Virus record (IMG/VR): IMGVR_UViG_3300026078_000030
Length of the DNA stretch: 20,000 nucleotides
Reading direction: 5' to 3' (one strand)
From: an uncultured virus (IMG/VR IMGVR_UViG_3300026078_000030)
Taxonomy: Duplodnaviria > Heunggongvirae > Uroviricota > Caudoviricetes
Of this stretch, positions 1 to 8,684 are shown piece by piece (position 1 is the first letter of the stretch; every line of letters begins with the position of its first letter). A program made the translations under genes and the position numbers. The notes beneath the pieces are model-generated. The model had not been told where the DNA came from. It was given only the letters and a program-made list of their open reading frames with translations, and made no database searches.

Positions 1-1933
1 CTAGCGCAACCAGCGATTGTCTGCACCACTCCGAAGCGGCTTCATCTGGATTGAAACTGGCGGATTGCGTTCGCCTGAGAGCGATGGCGAACCGTTCCAG
101 TTTGCCAGCCAGCTTGGGAGAAAACTCGGCGTAGAAACCGGAACGCCATCCGCCAAACGTCTTGGCAGATGCTTCGGCGCGGGACGCCCTGTCGCCTTGC
201 CCGGATTCATAGAGCATCATGCCATTCAGGATCTCCTCGATCGCCAGTTGCAGCGCGTCGCGGCATTCTTGAACGACGGAATCGGTTTGCGTGTTCACGC
301 CGACAGCAGCGATGCGAGCCATTTCGGACATTGACTCATGCATCGCAGGCTCTCGTTCGGCAAGAGCCTTTTGTGATTCGCAAAAGACCTCCGATGGCGT
401 GGCCGTCCCTTCAATGGCGACCATGAGAGCGGCGTCACGCTCGGCAACTCGATCGGCTTCTTTCTCGGCACAGGCCCGCAAGTCATCGGTCGCCGCCTTG
501 ACGTCATCGACGGTCGCTGTCTTAGAAAGCGATTCGAGGATCAGTCGGGATTGCTCTTGCTCGAATGCAAGCAACGCATTCACGGTGTCTGCGGTCTGAT
601 CTGGCTTGGCGTCTGCCGGAGGTTCTTTCTGCGGCGCAATCGGAGCCGGCGGCGGCGCGGTCAGCTTGTCGATCTGCGCCTGCGCCATCTCCTGAACCTT
701 ATCGAGCGGCATGTAGTTGTTGGACTGGACGAAATAGGTATCGCCGCCCTCGACCGGGTTCTCTCCGTCCGTAGCTCGAATGTCGTTCGGGGAAGCGCTG
801 CCGGTATTGAATTTGAACTGCATATATGCCGCCCTCGCCGCCGAGTCGGCCTTGAGCAATTTCTTTATGTCGAACTGGAAGAACATCGACTGTTTTTCTT
901 TTTCCGTCAGTAGCTGCCGTTTGAGCGCCCTGACCCATCGTTCCGCCCACGGCGATAGCGAGTAGATTACGAAATCCAGCGACTGCTGCTCGATGTTCGA
1001 GAACGTTGCCCGCTCCAGGTCGCCCAGCATGTGCGGCGGCAATCGCAACCAGCGTGCAATTTCATTAGGGCCGAACTTTCGAGATTCAAGTAGCTGCGTG
1101 TTTTCCGGGTTCACGTCGATCGGAAACGGCTTCATGCCTTCTTCGAGAACGAGCGTCTTATAGTGGTTATCCGCTCCGGCAAATTGCTGTTGCCACTGTG
1201 CTCGCAATCTCTCTGCGGTTTCCTTGCCGACAACCTTGTCAGTCGTGAGCGCCATATTGGACGCCGCGCCATTGCGGAAGAATGCGCCAGCGTGACGCTC
1301 CGTAGCGATGATAATGCCCAGCGATTGCGCTCCCCACTTGATGATCGACTGTCCGGTGATTCCGTTTTGCGATAATACTCCCGGAACATGCAGCATGTCG
1401 CTCGCGGGGATCGGCGTCTTGCTGCCGTCATCATTACTAATCCAATAGACGATCTCGCCCGGCTGCCCGGCCTGGATGTATTGCAAATCGCTGACCGCCG
1501 TCGAGTTGCGGACAATGTTCCGCAGCGGAATTCGGCTCGGATGAATCGGCCAGAGCGCGATGATATTGCCGGTTGAGTCGCGCTGGATCTCGGCAAATGA
1601 GTTTCCCCAGCTCGGCACGAACGCGGTCTGCATGTCGAACCAGCACATCGAATCCTGTTCGCGGTTGGGTTGGTCGAGCAGCAGGCGATAGAGCGGATGG
1701 TCTTCGGCCTGCTCGGTGACTCGATTCCCGGAGTGCCGCACGAGTTGACAGGGCAGCATGGCCAGTGTTTCGGAGATGATCCGCAGCCCGCAGAACCATG
1801 CGCTGCACGTCATGGCTATGTCCTGATTGACATTCACGCCAGACGACGATGGCATAATGCCCCCCATCAGCCCGAACCATCCACCGCCCGGTTCGGTCAT
1901 ATTCCAATCGTTGCGCGGTGCGAATAGCTTCAC
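1..1933 (-). CDS. Phage portal protein, HK97 family, with long C-terminal extension (3'-truncated by window edge, at least 644 aa)
   Basis: Translated by hand. GTG at 1933 overlaps the upstream TGA (GTGA) and the frame stays open to the window edge. Portal motifs: SGVNVNQDIAM, ISETLAMLP, HPLYRLLLDQPN, WGNSFAEI, LWPIHPSRI, FFRNGA, LVLEEGM, IARWLRLPPHMLGDLERATFSNIEQQSLDFVIYSLSPW, SPNDIR, PVEGGD. Lies just downstream of terL. Confidence 0.95.
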   Translation of the reverse strand, partial: MKLFAPRNDWNMTEPGGGWFGLMGGIMPSSSGVNVNQDIAMTCSAWFCGLRIISETLAMLPCQLVRHSGNRVTEQAEDHPLYRLLLDQPNREQDSMCWFDMQTAFVPSWGNSFAEIQRDSTGNIIALWPIHPSRIPLRNIVRNSTAVSDLQYIQAGQPGEIVYWISNDDGSKTPIPASDMLHVPGVLSQNGITGQSIIKWGAQSLGIIIATERHAGAFFRNGAASNMALTTDKVVGKETAERLRAQWQQQFAGADNHYKTLVLEEGMKPFPIDVNPENTQLLESRKFGPNEIARWLRLPPHMLGDLERATFSNIEQQSLDFVIYSLSPWAERWVRALKRQLLTEKEKQSMFFQFDIKKLLKADSAARAAYMQFKFNTGSASPNDIRATDGENPVEGGDTYFVQSNNYMPLDKVQEMAQAQIDKLTAPPPAPIAPQKEPPADAKPDQTADTVNALLAFEQEQSRLILESLSKTATVDDVKAATDDLRACAEKEADRVAERDAALMVAIEGTATPSEVFCESQKALAEREPAMHESMSEMARIAAVGVNTQTDSVVQECRDALQLAIEEILNGMMLYESGQGDRASRAEASAKTFGGWRSGFYAEFSPKLAGKLERFAIALRRTQSASFNPDEAASEWCRQSLVAL

Positions 1934-2103
1934 TTGTCACCAACCTTTTTATTCCGTGGCCCAGATCCGCGAAGCATCGACAACACTGGCGGCAGCGCCA
2001 GCATTGAGCCGAAGCAGATCAACCCTGCGCCGGCCGACGAAAGTCCCGCGCCGATGCCAATGAGCACTGCTGCTGCGAGATAAAGTCCGTCCTCGAAATC
2101 CAT
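1930..2103 (-). CDS. Small membrane protein (57 aa) preceding the portal
   Basis: MDFEDGLYLAAAVLIGIGAGLSSAGAGLICFGSMLALPPVLSMLRG...: two hydrophobic segments. AGGAAAGG upstream of the ATG at 2103; stop overlaps the portal start. Small hydrophobic genes are common between terL and portal in HK97-like phages. Confidence 0.75.
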   Translation of the reverse strand: MDFEDGLYLAAAVLIGIGAGLSSAGAGLICFGSMLALPPVLSMLRGSGPRNKKVGDK

Positions 2104-2104
2104 T

Positions 2105-2257
2105 TCAGCCTTTCCTGATAGCCCTGCCGCGCGTCGGGACCACAATGATCGCGAAGAATCCCGGAGGCGAATATGTGCTGGCGACGGTCGCCGCCTGCGT
2201 TGCCGCGACCGTCGCCGCAACCGTGGTAGCAACACACTGCAATTTGATAATCCTCAC
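2105..2257 (-). CDS. Hypothetical 50-aa Ala/Thr/Val-rich peptide
   Basis: GGAG then GTG at 2257; MRIIKLQCVATTVAATVAATQAATVASTYSPPGFFAIIVVPTRGRAIRKG*; fills the gap between terL and the next gene. Below the ORF-track cutoff. Confidence 0.45.
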   Translation of the reverse strand: MRIIKLQCVATTVAATVAATQAATVASTYSPPGFFAIIVVPTRGRAIRKG

Positions 2258-2268
2258 TGGTCGTGCTC

Positions 2269-4077
2269 CTATCCGATAGAGATGAATCCGCGATGTTCGC
2301 GCTCATATACGGACTTCCTGCCATCGCTATTTGTTGTCATGCTGACCCCTACCGCCATCGTTGCTCCGATAATTCCGTCGATCTTCTCTTTCGATTTCTT
2401 TTTGCTGAATTTGAGAGGCGCATCGGCTCCTGCGTGTTCGCTCTCGGCAGCCGCATTGCCGGCCATCCAACGGAGAATCGGATTATTCCCATGCCGCAGC
2501 TTGCCTGCCGACACGAGCTCCAGAAATCTCCTGGTAGGCGCTGCCATCGAGATGTAGCCCTGTCCGAACGCGAGCACGTTCAGGCCGTCGCGCGTCAAAT
2601 CCTGCAAGAGCTGCGCACCCTGGAACAATCGGTCGCCGGCGATCGTATGGATGCCGTAATCGTTCGCCAGCCTGTTGATGTCCTGCCGCACGAACTGATA
2701 GTCCGTCTCATTGCCATCAGTGAGCGCTAGGAAGCCTTGCCGCGCCCAAGTCAGATACGGCACGCCATCTTTCTTTTCGCGAACAGTGGCGTTCTCTTCC
2801 GGCCCCCAGAAGAACGGCAGCAGGTCATAGCCTTCCTCGTCGTTGCCGAACACCAGGGCGAGCGACGTCAGGTCCGATACGCGGCCCAGGTCGAGACCCC
2901 CGGCGCACTGCTGGCCCTTGAGTGATTCGAGCATTTGCTTACGCCATTCGACGGGGTTCGCACCTTCGCCGCACAAGTCCCACTTGTCCATTGGGATAAC
3001 GCGGGCGTCTTGGGCAGTCTTTTGGTTCAGGTGCAGGCGACGGAACGTGTTCTCATATGCCGGATTCTCTTTCGCCTTCTGGCACTCGCGGCGCAGGTAG
3101 TCGCGCGACACACTCACGTCGAGATTCGGATTCGCCTTCTCCCAAATCTTTTCGTCGGTCCAGTCTTCATCAATGAGCGTTTCGTAAATGACCGGCAGGA
3201 AGGACGGATCATATCCCGGCTGCGATTTGTCGCACTTGTTGTCGCGAACTCGGCACGCCCGCTCGTGCATTTCGTTGCAGATCGACTCGCGGTCGAAGTC
3301 GGCCGTTGTGATGCAGATAAACAGCGGGTTCTTGCGGTTCTTCGACGCCATTGATGTCGTGAACACGTCGAACAGGTCGCGGTTCGGCTGGACGTGCAGC
3401 TCGTCGATCATGGCCATGTGCGTATTGCCGCCATGCTGCGTATCGCCCGAGGCCGCGATGACACGCAGGAACGATCCATCCTCTTCTCGCACGAGTGACT
3501 TAGACTGCCCAGCCGCGGCGGTCCCGCCGTAGATCCGGCAGCGGTCCTTTAGCTCGGGCTCCGCATTGACCATGCCCTTGACGTGGCGAAACAGCATCCC
3601 GGCCTGTTCGCGCTCGCCGGCTGCGATGTAATCCTGTTGCCCGGCCTCCTTGTCGCAGAAGAAAATATAGCAGGCGAGCCCGGCGATCAGGGGAGTTTTT
3701 CCATTCTTCCGCGGCACATAAATCAACGCCTCGCGATACCGGCGAACCGTCCGGCCGCTCTCGTCGATTCGGAACCAGCCGCAGATATTCGCGATGATCG
3801 ACTTTTCCCATTCCTCCAATTGGAACGGTTCGCCCGCCAGTGCGCCTTCGACGTGGTGCAGCATCTCGGGAAAGAAGTCGAGAGCGTTCTGTGCCGCCTG
3901 CGCATCGAACCAGCAGCCTTCGGCCTGCGCGAATGGATCATAGCCGGGAATCAGTCGCAATAGTCCGCGCCACTGAGCAGCAGAGCGCGGTGTCCCGGCG
4001 GCATTGCGGACAAACGCTAACGCCGGGTCACGCGCCCGCTTGGATTTCTTCGGTTTCGATTTGGTTGCCGCGCTCAT
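2269..4077 (-). CDS. terL: Terminase large subunit (Terminase_1 type)
   Basis: 602 aa; PFQLEEWE Q-motif region, Walker A YVPRKNGKT, Walker B AMIDELH, coupling motif ITTA, WEKANPNL, nuclease GGLDLG and KIDGII. Confidence 0.97.
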   Translation of the reverse strand: MSAATKSKPKKSKRARDPALAFVRNAAGTPRSAAQWRGLLRLIPGYDPFAQAEGCWFDAQAAQNALDFFPEMLHHVEGALAGEPFQLEEWEKSIIANICGWFRIDESGRTVRRYREALIYVPRKNGKTPLIAGLACYIFFCDKEAGQQDYIAAGEREQAGMLFRHVKGMVNAEPELKDRCRIYGGTAAAGQSKSLVREEDGSFLRVIAASGDTQHGGNTHMAMIDELHVQPNRDLFDVFTTSMASKNRKNPLFICITTADFDRESICNEMHERACRVRDNKCDKSQPGYDPSFLPVIYETLIDEDWTDEKIWEKANPNLDVSVSRDYLRRECQKAKENPAYENTFRRLHLNQKTAQDARVIPMDKWDLCGEGANPVEWRKQMLESLKGQQCAGGLDLGRVSDLTSLALVFGNDEEGYDLLPFFWGPEENATVREKKDGVPYLTWARQGFLALTDGNETDYQFVRQDINRLANDYGIHTIAGDRLFQGAQLLQDLTRDGLNVLAFGQGYISMAAPTRRFLELVSAGKLRHGNNPILRWMAGNAAAESEHAGADAPLKFSKKKSKEKIDGIIGATMAVGVSMTTNSDGRKSVYEREHRGFISIG

Positions 4078-4080
4078 CCG

Positions 4081-4584
4081 TTAGCCCGCGAAGAATCGTT
4101 TCTTTTTGTCGGCCGGCTTATCTGCCGGTTTTGCCGTCGCCCTCGATTGGCTCGCCGGCGTGATGCAAAGCTCGGCCATATAGGCTTTGATCTGTGCCGT
4201 GCAGTCGCTCACGATCGCCACCTCCGGCCGCTTTTGTTCGCCCTTCTCGATTGTCTCCTCATCGCCGTTCTGCCGCCGGATCGTTTTGACTTCGACGGGC
4301 TGCGTTAGGCCGTGTTCATCGAGTGCCGCCTGTGCCTTGGCCAGCCTGGAGACAGTGATGCAGAACCCGGCCAGCAACCAGCGGTGCACAGGCGAGAGCG
4401 TCCGCATGTCCGACATCTGCGATACGGCCAGATTCCATTCCGAGAGCGCGACAGGATCGGCCGACACGATGGCCGGTGGCTCTGGCGTGCCTTTTGGCGC
4501 AATGGGTTCATCCTTGCGGGTCTTGCCGCGCCATGATCCCCTGAGCTTCAGGACTGGAGTCGGCGTCCTCTTACGGCCTTTCAC
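4081..4584 (-). CDS. terS: Terminase small subunit (P27 family-like)
   Basis: 167 aa; N-terminal GRKRTPTPVLKLRG, C-terminal RPEV...AELCITPASQSR; immediately upstream of terL. Confidence 0.93.
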   Translation of the reverse strand: MKGRKRTPTPVLKLRGSWRGKTRKDEPIAPKGTPEPPAIVSADPVALSEWNLAVSQMSDMRTLSPVHRWLLAGFCITVSRLAKAQAALDEHGLTQPVEVKTIRRQNGDEETIEKGEQKRPEVAIVSDCTAQIKAYMAELCITPASQSRATAKPADKPADKKKRFFAG

Positions 4585-4594
4585 CTAAATTCTC

Positions 4595-4720
4595 CAATTT
4601 CGTGAAAAAATATGCGCGGTTGGCACGCGGTTTCCAGCCTTAATCACCCAGAGAATTGGCCCACCCCGCCCATATGGTTTACCGCCACCACGGCAATCCT
4701 CCACATCTACCGCCACATGA
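4595..4720 (-). other. Probable cos / packaging initiation region
   Basis: Intergenic HNH-terS segment reads (minus strand) GGGGTGGGCCAATTCTCT...ACCGCGTGCCAACCGCGCATATTTTTTCACGAAATT, resembling the layout around 3'-overhang cos sites of HK97-like phages; TACCGCCAC is repeated at 4680-4688 and 4708-4716. Confidence 0.5.
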
Positions 4721-4730
4721 GCATCGTGGA

Positions 4731-5045
4731 TCACTTCCCAAAGCTCCCATCTTCCATCGCCGTCTTTCTACTGTGGCATTGCTGGCACAACGATTGAAAC
4801 GGCCCGATCCAGAACAACTCCTCATTCCACCTGTGCGGCTCGACATGGTCACACTGATTTGCCGCCGTCACCAGTCCTTGCTTGCCGCACTCTCTGCATA
4901 ATGGCTCGTCTCGTAGTTGCTGTGCCCTGATTGCTCTCCATCGTGCCGTGTTGTACCAGCCGCGTCCCAGTGCCTGCCTGCTGGCCCACTGCTTCTCCTG
5001 CTGGGCTTTGGGGACGAGGCGGAAGATCTTGGGGGCTGTCGGCAC
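4731..5045 (-). CDS. HNH endonuclease, terminase-associated (HK97 gp74-like)
   Basis: 104 aa; YNTARWRAIRAQQLRDEPLCREC...CDHVEPH...FQSLCQQCHSRKTAMED; sits directly upstream of terS. Confidence 0.93.
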   Translation of the reverse strand: MPTAPKIFRLVPKAQQEKQWASRQALGRGWYNTARWRAIRAQQLRDEPLCRECGKQGLVTAANQCDHVEPHRWNEELFWIGPFQSLCQQCHSRKTAMEDGSFGK

Positions 5046-5278
5046 TATGCGGACTCCCTGGAATCACCACAGCGAATTGCATCGAACTCCCAAAAATTCA
5101 CGTCCTCTCGGTTGAGATAGCAGAACTGGGCCGGGTCACTGAACCCGAAAATTGCGACCCATGTCCCTGTGCCGCGCTTTCGTCCCTGGAACATCGTCAC
5201 ATCTGTGCAGCCGTTCGGGTGGCGCAATTCGCAAATGCCGCGGTCATCGCTCCACCAGATGGTTTTGTCGCCTATCAT
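5045..5278 (-). CDS. Hypothetical protein (77 aa)
   Basis: Start and stop overlap both neighbours; GGAGG upstream. Confidence 0.7.
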   Translation of the reverse strand: MIGDKTIWWSDDRGICELRHPNGCTDVTMFQGRKRGTGTWVAIFGFSDPAQFCYLNREDVNFWEFDAIRCGDSRESA

Positions 5279-5466
5279 CGCCAGCCTCCCAGCAACAGCC
5301 CGAAGATGAACGCCCCGAATCCGTCCGACGATTCCCGCTTTGGCCTGCTCATTCTATTCACCCATTCCGGCCGCACATATCGAACGCCTTTCGGGTTCGG
5401 CGGCGGGGGCGAAGTCGGACGATCCTCTGGCCAATTGACTGGTGGCGGCGGCGGATTGTATCCCAT
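5275..5466 (-). CDS. Pro-rich peptide with C-terminal hydrophobic segment (63 aa)
   Basis: MGYNPPPPPVNWPEDRPTSPPPPNPKG...FGAFIFGLLLGGWR; GGGGAG upstream of the ATG at 5466; ATGA overlap with the next gene. Confidence 0.65.
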   Translation of the reverse strand: MGYNPPPPPVNWPEDRPTSPPPPNPKGVRYVRPEWVNRMSRPKRESSDGFGAFIFGLLLGGWR

Positions 5467-5467
5467 A

Positions 5468-5731
5468 TCACTCCCCATCCTTTCCGCAGCACGTCTCTCG
5501 CGGTTCAATTTCAATCAACTCTGACTTGACGACCCTTCCCGGTCGCGTCGATCTAAAAGCGCTGTCAAGTTCAGACACGTCATAAGCGACGTCAATCAGC
5601 CTTTCGATGCGGATTGTTGCCACTTCGCCGGTAAAACATCGCAACTCGAATCCACGAATTCCACGCGGATCAACCCCCATTGCCTTGAGTATGTCCAGTC
5701 CCAATTCTCTGCCAGTAGCCTTAATAATCAT
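5468..5731 (-). CDS. Hypothetical protein (87 aa)
   Basis: MIIKATGRELGLDILKAMGVDPRGIRGFELRCFTGEVATIRIERLID...; the ATG at 5731 avoids overlap with the upstream gene. Confidence 0.65.
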   Translation of the reverse strand: MIIKATGRELGLDILKAMGVDPRGIRGFELRCFTGEVATIRIERLIDVAYDVSELDSAFRSTRPGRVVKSELIEIEPRETCCGKDGE

Positions 5732-5750
5732 GGCTGCACCACATTGATAA

Positions 5751-6176
5751 TCACGAACCCACCACCGGACTTGCCACACCTTCATAAGCAATGCACCATG
5801 TCGTCGCGGCCGTCGTCGTGAAATAGAACTCCATCAAATACTTATGACCGCCTGTCGGGAAATTGGTTCCCGATAAATCGCAGCGGAAGTTATAGCCAAC
5901 TTCGTCCAGATCCCAGATCAGCCCATCCGTGACAGGCGTATCGAGAATCACGCTCGAGACCGTCGCCGTGGGCGTGGCAATCGCCGTGTCTGGCGTCGAA
6001 CTCGACCTGTCGAACACCTTGCACGTAATGCTCGTCAGATCCGCCTGCTTGACCCAGTTGCCTTCCCCAGAAATGCCCGTCGCGGCTCCGGTGGCATCGC
6101 GGGCGCAGACGCGGGCGAGAGCAGTGGCGCTGCCGTCCTCTTGCCATGTGACGGTGATTTTGTCGAGGGTTGTCAT
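5751..6176 (-). CDS. Putative virion structural protein, beta-sandwich-like (141 aa)
   Basis: Thr/Ser-rich with alternating beta-strand pattern (TSITCKVFD, GYNFRCDL, FPTGGHKYLMEFYFT), reminiscent of BppU-N/Ig-like adaptor proteins. Fold is an inference. Confidence 0.55.
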   Translation of the reverse strand: MTTLDKITVTWQEDGSATALARVCARDATGAATGISGEGNWVKQADLTSITCKVFDRSSSTPDTAIATPTATVSSVILDTPVTDGLIWDLDEVGYNFRCDLSGTNFPTGGHKYLMEFYFTTTAATTWCIAYEGVASPVVGS

Positions 6177-6415
6177 GTGATCTGATGATGTAGAGTTAGC
6201 CTAATGTAAGTAATCGGGCCGGGCTCATAAGTCGCGCATCCATTTTCGTCGCCGGCATATCTCGGTGGACGGCTGCATTCTGCGGTCACATGCGATGACT
6301 TGCCCTTGAGTCCTTTTAATCCCTCGATTGCCACATCAATTGCTGCATCCGCCTGCTTGCGCAAATCTGGCGGTATTAACGATTTGACACGCTTCTTTTT
6401 GGCTGCCTTTTTCAC
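6173..6415 (-). CDS. Basic hypothetical protein (80 aa)
   Basis: GTGA and ATGA overlaps at its two ends; GGAGG upstream. Confidence 0.7.
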   Translation of the reverse strand: MKKAAKKKRVKSLIPPDLRKQADAAIDVAIEGLKGLKGKSSHVTAECSRPPRYAGDENGCATYEPGPITYIRLTLHHQIT

Positions 6416-6672
6416 CCGCTAACCTCCCCGGCCATCATCCCTGGTCTGTAAATCTCGCCCTGCTTTGCCCCCGGTCGATAGGCTGCGCCTAGCTGCATTC
6501 CGGGGCGGTAAATACAAGCGGCAGGGAAGATCAAGGGGCCGTGGACAGGCGCGGCAGCCGCAATCAGCGGCGCGGCCATCCGTCGAAGTCGAAATGGGAA
6601 TGGTTCCCTTAATCGAGAACGCGGATAAACCCAGCCCGGCGTCCAGTAGTTCACCGCTGAATAGTGCTGCAT
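6412..6672 (-). CDS. Hypothetical protein with three YRPG decapeptide repeats (86 aa)
   Basis: CIYRPGMQLG-AAYRPGAKQG-EIYRPGMMAG; TAATG overlap with the upstream gene. Confidence 0.7.
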   Translation of the reverse strand: MQHYSAVNYWTPGWVYPRSRLREPFPFRLRRMAAPLIAAAAPVHGPLIFPAACIYRPGMQLGAAYRPGAKQGEIYRPGMMAGEVSG

Positions 6673-7139
6673 TATCCGATCTCGCGGAATTTGACTTGAA
6701 TGATCGCATCGAATGCCACGCCGGGCGCGACCGGCACGTACATGACCGCCGATCCGGCCGGTGGGATCAGTGGCCTCTCTTCAGGCACGGGAGAAAAGTT
6801 ATAGCCATTCAGGCTGGCGAATCCCTGATGATCCAGATTGACGCCCTTCGTCGTAACGTCCGTTCCGCCAGTCGCCGCCACGCTCAAGACGGTTGAATCG
6901 GATGCTTTGTCGCCGACCTCCTCCGGGTTCGGAGTGATCGACGTTCCAGTAGGCGATCCCAGCGTCGTTACCCGCGTAATGCAGGCTTCCAACTGCTGAT
7001 TCGTGACGTTCGTCCCGACGTTTCCAATGTGAGCCGAGATGATTTCGACGGCCTTGAGCGCGGGGGCCTCGATCAGGATAGCGCTCTTCGTCGAATTGAA
7101 TGATGCGATTTTGATTTCCGCCGTATAAACGCCACGCAT
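6672..7139 (-). CDS. Putative structural protein, beta-rich (155 aa)
   Basis: MRGVYTAEIKIASFNSTKSAILIEAP...PVPEERPLIPP...QVKFREIG; ATG at 7139 just after the upstream stop. The ORF track's longer start (7358) would overlap the upstream gene by ~210 bp. Confidence 0.7.
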   Translation of the reverse strand: MRGVYTAEIKIASFNSTKSAILIEAPALKAVEIISAHIGNVGTNVTNQQLEACITRVTTLGSPTGTSITPNPEEVGDKASDSTVLSVAATGGTDVTTKGVNLDHQGFASLNGYNFSPVPEERPLIPPAGSAVMYVPVAPGVAFDAIIQVKFREIG

Positions 7140-7144
7140 GGGAG

Positions 7145-8683
7145 CTACCTGACCTTTCGTATTGAGCTGATTAAAACCGGAGGTGGCAAGACGGCCGCGC
7201 CGGGGAAGCGGCGGATCGTCGTCATTGTTCGAGACACATAAACCCGGCGTGGTGGGCAAAGGATGTTGGCGAAACCGACCGCCTGCAACGCCCCAATATC
7301 CGAAAATCCCGCCGCCGCCAGTCCAGGAATCGATCCCGGAAATCCTGACGCCTTGCACGCCGCGCCGCCGCCAGCCGTCGAGTTATTCGTAAAATCGTTG
7401 CCGCTGGCGTTTGTATCCGGGTCGGCCGTCAATGTCACGTCATTTGTTCCCGCCGCCAGGTTGTTACGCGGGCCGCTGGTGTTTGATCCGTATGCGTTGT
7501 TGCGATTCACGAAGATCATCGCCGCCGCATTCGTGATGTTGACCCCGTAGCCCGAGTTTCCGTAAATCTTATTGTTTTCCAGTGCCAAGATAACCAGCTT
7601 TCCATTGGCAATGGCAATTTGAATTCCGTCGTTCGTGTTGCCGCGAATCACACAGCGGGCAACGTCCAGGTAAGGGCCGTTGGTAGCAGCACCACCAGCG
7701 GCCGACTGGATATAGATGCCACCCAGAGAGTTGCTATAGACGACAGTGTTGCGGAACACGACAGGATAGGCTGAGTTGGTTGTCGTTCTTCCGACCGTCT
7801 TGTATTCAACACCATAGCCTGAATTGCCGTGCAGATAACAGCCGTCGAATGTCATCTTATCGCAATTCAGTACGGCGTCATTCGTGCAGCCGGTAATTTC
7901 GGAATTGACGACGGTCAGATTCGTAAGCTGATTGTAGGTAAGGACGTCGCCGATGACGCCATTCTTGACTCCGTGGATGTAGCAGTTAGAAATCTTCCAA
8001 AACAGCCCCAGGCCGGACACGGTTCCCCCTGTGAATCCATTTCCGGGAGTGCCGGCCGTGCTGCTGATTTCCAGGTTGTCGAAGATGCGGAAGACCAGGT
8101 TGGAACTCGCCGCGTTTCGTACAATGTCCACGCTGTTCGTCGCGCTTGTGAAAATCGGCCGCGTGCCGTCGTGATCCCCGCGCGTCGTGTGATAGCCGGC
8201 CACCGTGATTGGCCCGCTCGTCGAGTCCCCCGTGGCCGAGAGGATGAAATTCGTGGTGAGCGTCGTCGTCCCTGTGGCTTTGATCCAGAGCGTCATGCCA
8301 GCCGTCAGGAGCGGTTCAGCCGTGGCCCACAGATCCAGCGCACCGCCGATATTGAGCGTTACGCCCGTGCCAGTTACAAGCCCTGTCGAACGATCGAGCG
8401 TGATAGACGTTCCAGTGACTTGCGAGAGAATCTGATACCAGCCGCCGGTAATCGAACCGGTTCCGCCGGCTACGTACGTAATGTTGCCCACCATGTCGGC
8501 GACAGCAGACGTAGTATTGATTGTTGCGCTCCCGGTCGTAGCGCTGCCGTTAGTCAGGGCATATTGCGCAGCATTCTGTTGCGACCAGTCGGTGCCAGAC
8601 GAACCGGGGACGAAACCGCCGCCGTTGGTTGCAGAGCCAACGCCGGGGCGCGCCTCAAAGACTGTAGTTGACGCCAATGCCAT
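7145..8683 (-). CDS. Right-handed parallel beta-helix (pectin-lyase-like) protein; putative fibre/spike or depolymerase (512 aa)
   Basis: Repeated PbH1-like motifs (ISNCYIHG, VVNSEITGC, FDGCYLHGNSGYGV, FRNTVVYSNSLGGI, CVIRGNTNDGI, NNKIYGNSGYGV); G/T/S/N-rich; C-terminal DIGALQ. Confidence 0.85.
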   Translation of the reverse strand: MALASTTVFEARPGVGSATNGGGFVPGSSGTDWSQQNAAQYALTNGSATTGSATINTTSAVADMVGNITYVAGGTGSITGGWYQILSQVTGTSITLDRSTGLVTGTGVTLNIGGALDLWATAEPLLTAGMTLWIKATGTTTLTTNFILSATGDSTSGPITVAGYHTTRGDHDGTRPIFTSATNSVDIVRNAASSNLVFRIFDNLEISSTAGTPGNGFTGGTVSGLGLFWKISNCYIHGVKNGVIGDVLTYNQLTNLTVVNSEITGCTNDAVLNCDKMTFDGCYLHGNSGYGVEYKTVGRTTTNSAYPVVFRNTVVYSNSLGGIYIQSAAGGAATNGPYLDVARCVIRGNTNDGIQIAIANGKLVILALENNKIYGNSGYGVNITNAAAMIFVNRNNAYGSNTSGPRNNLAAGTNDVTLTADPDTNASGNDFTNNSTAGGGAACKASGFPGSIPGLAAAGFSDIGALQAVGFANILCPPRRVYVSRTMTTIRRFPGAAVLPPPVLISSIRKVR

Positions 8684-8684
8684 A

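Noticed and set aside
1132..1943. Minus-strand ORFs 1132-1596 and 1437-1943 in the track
   Set aside because: Off-frame overlaps of the portal gene, which the track omits, probably because its stop lies outside the window.
4731..5045. HNH as a mobile homing endonuclease
   Set aside because: Size and position directly before the cos region and terS fit the terminase-accessory HNH class.
7829..8671. 280-aa plus-strand ORF, and the other plus-strand ORFs such as 15324-16121, 4931-5524 and 19408-19983
   Set aside because: Antisense shadows of well-supported minus-strand genes in GC-rich DNA, with no recognisable motifs.
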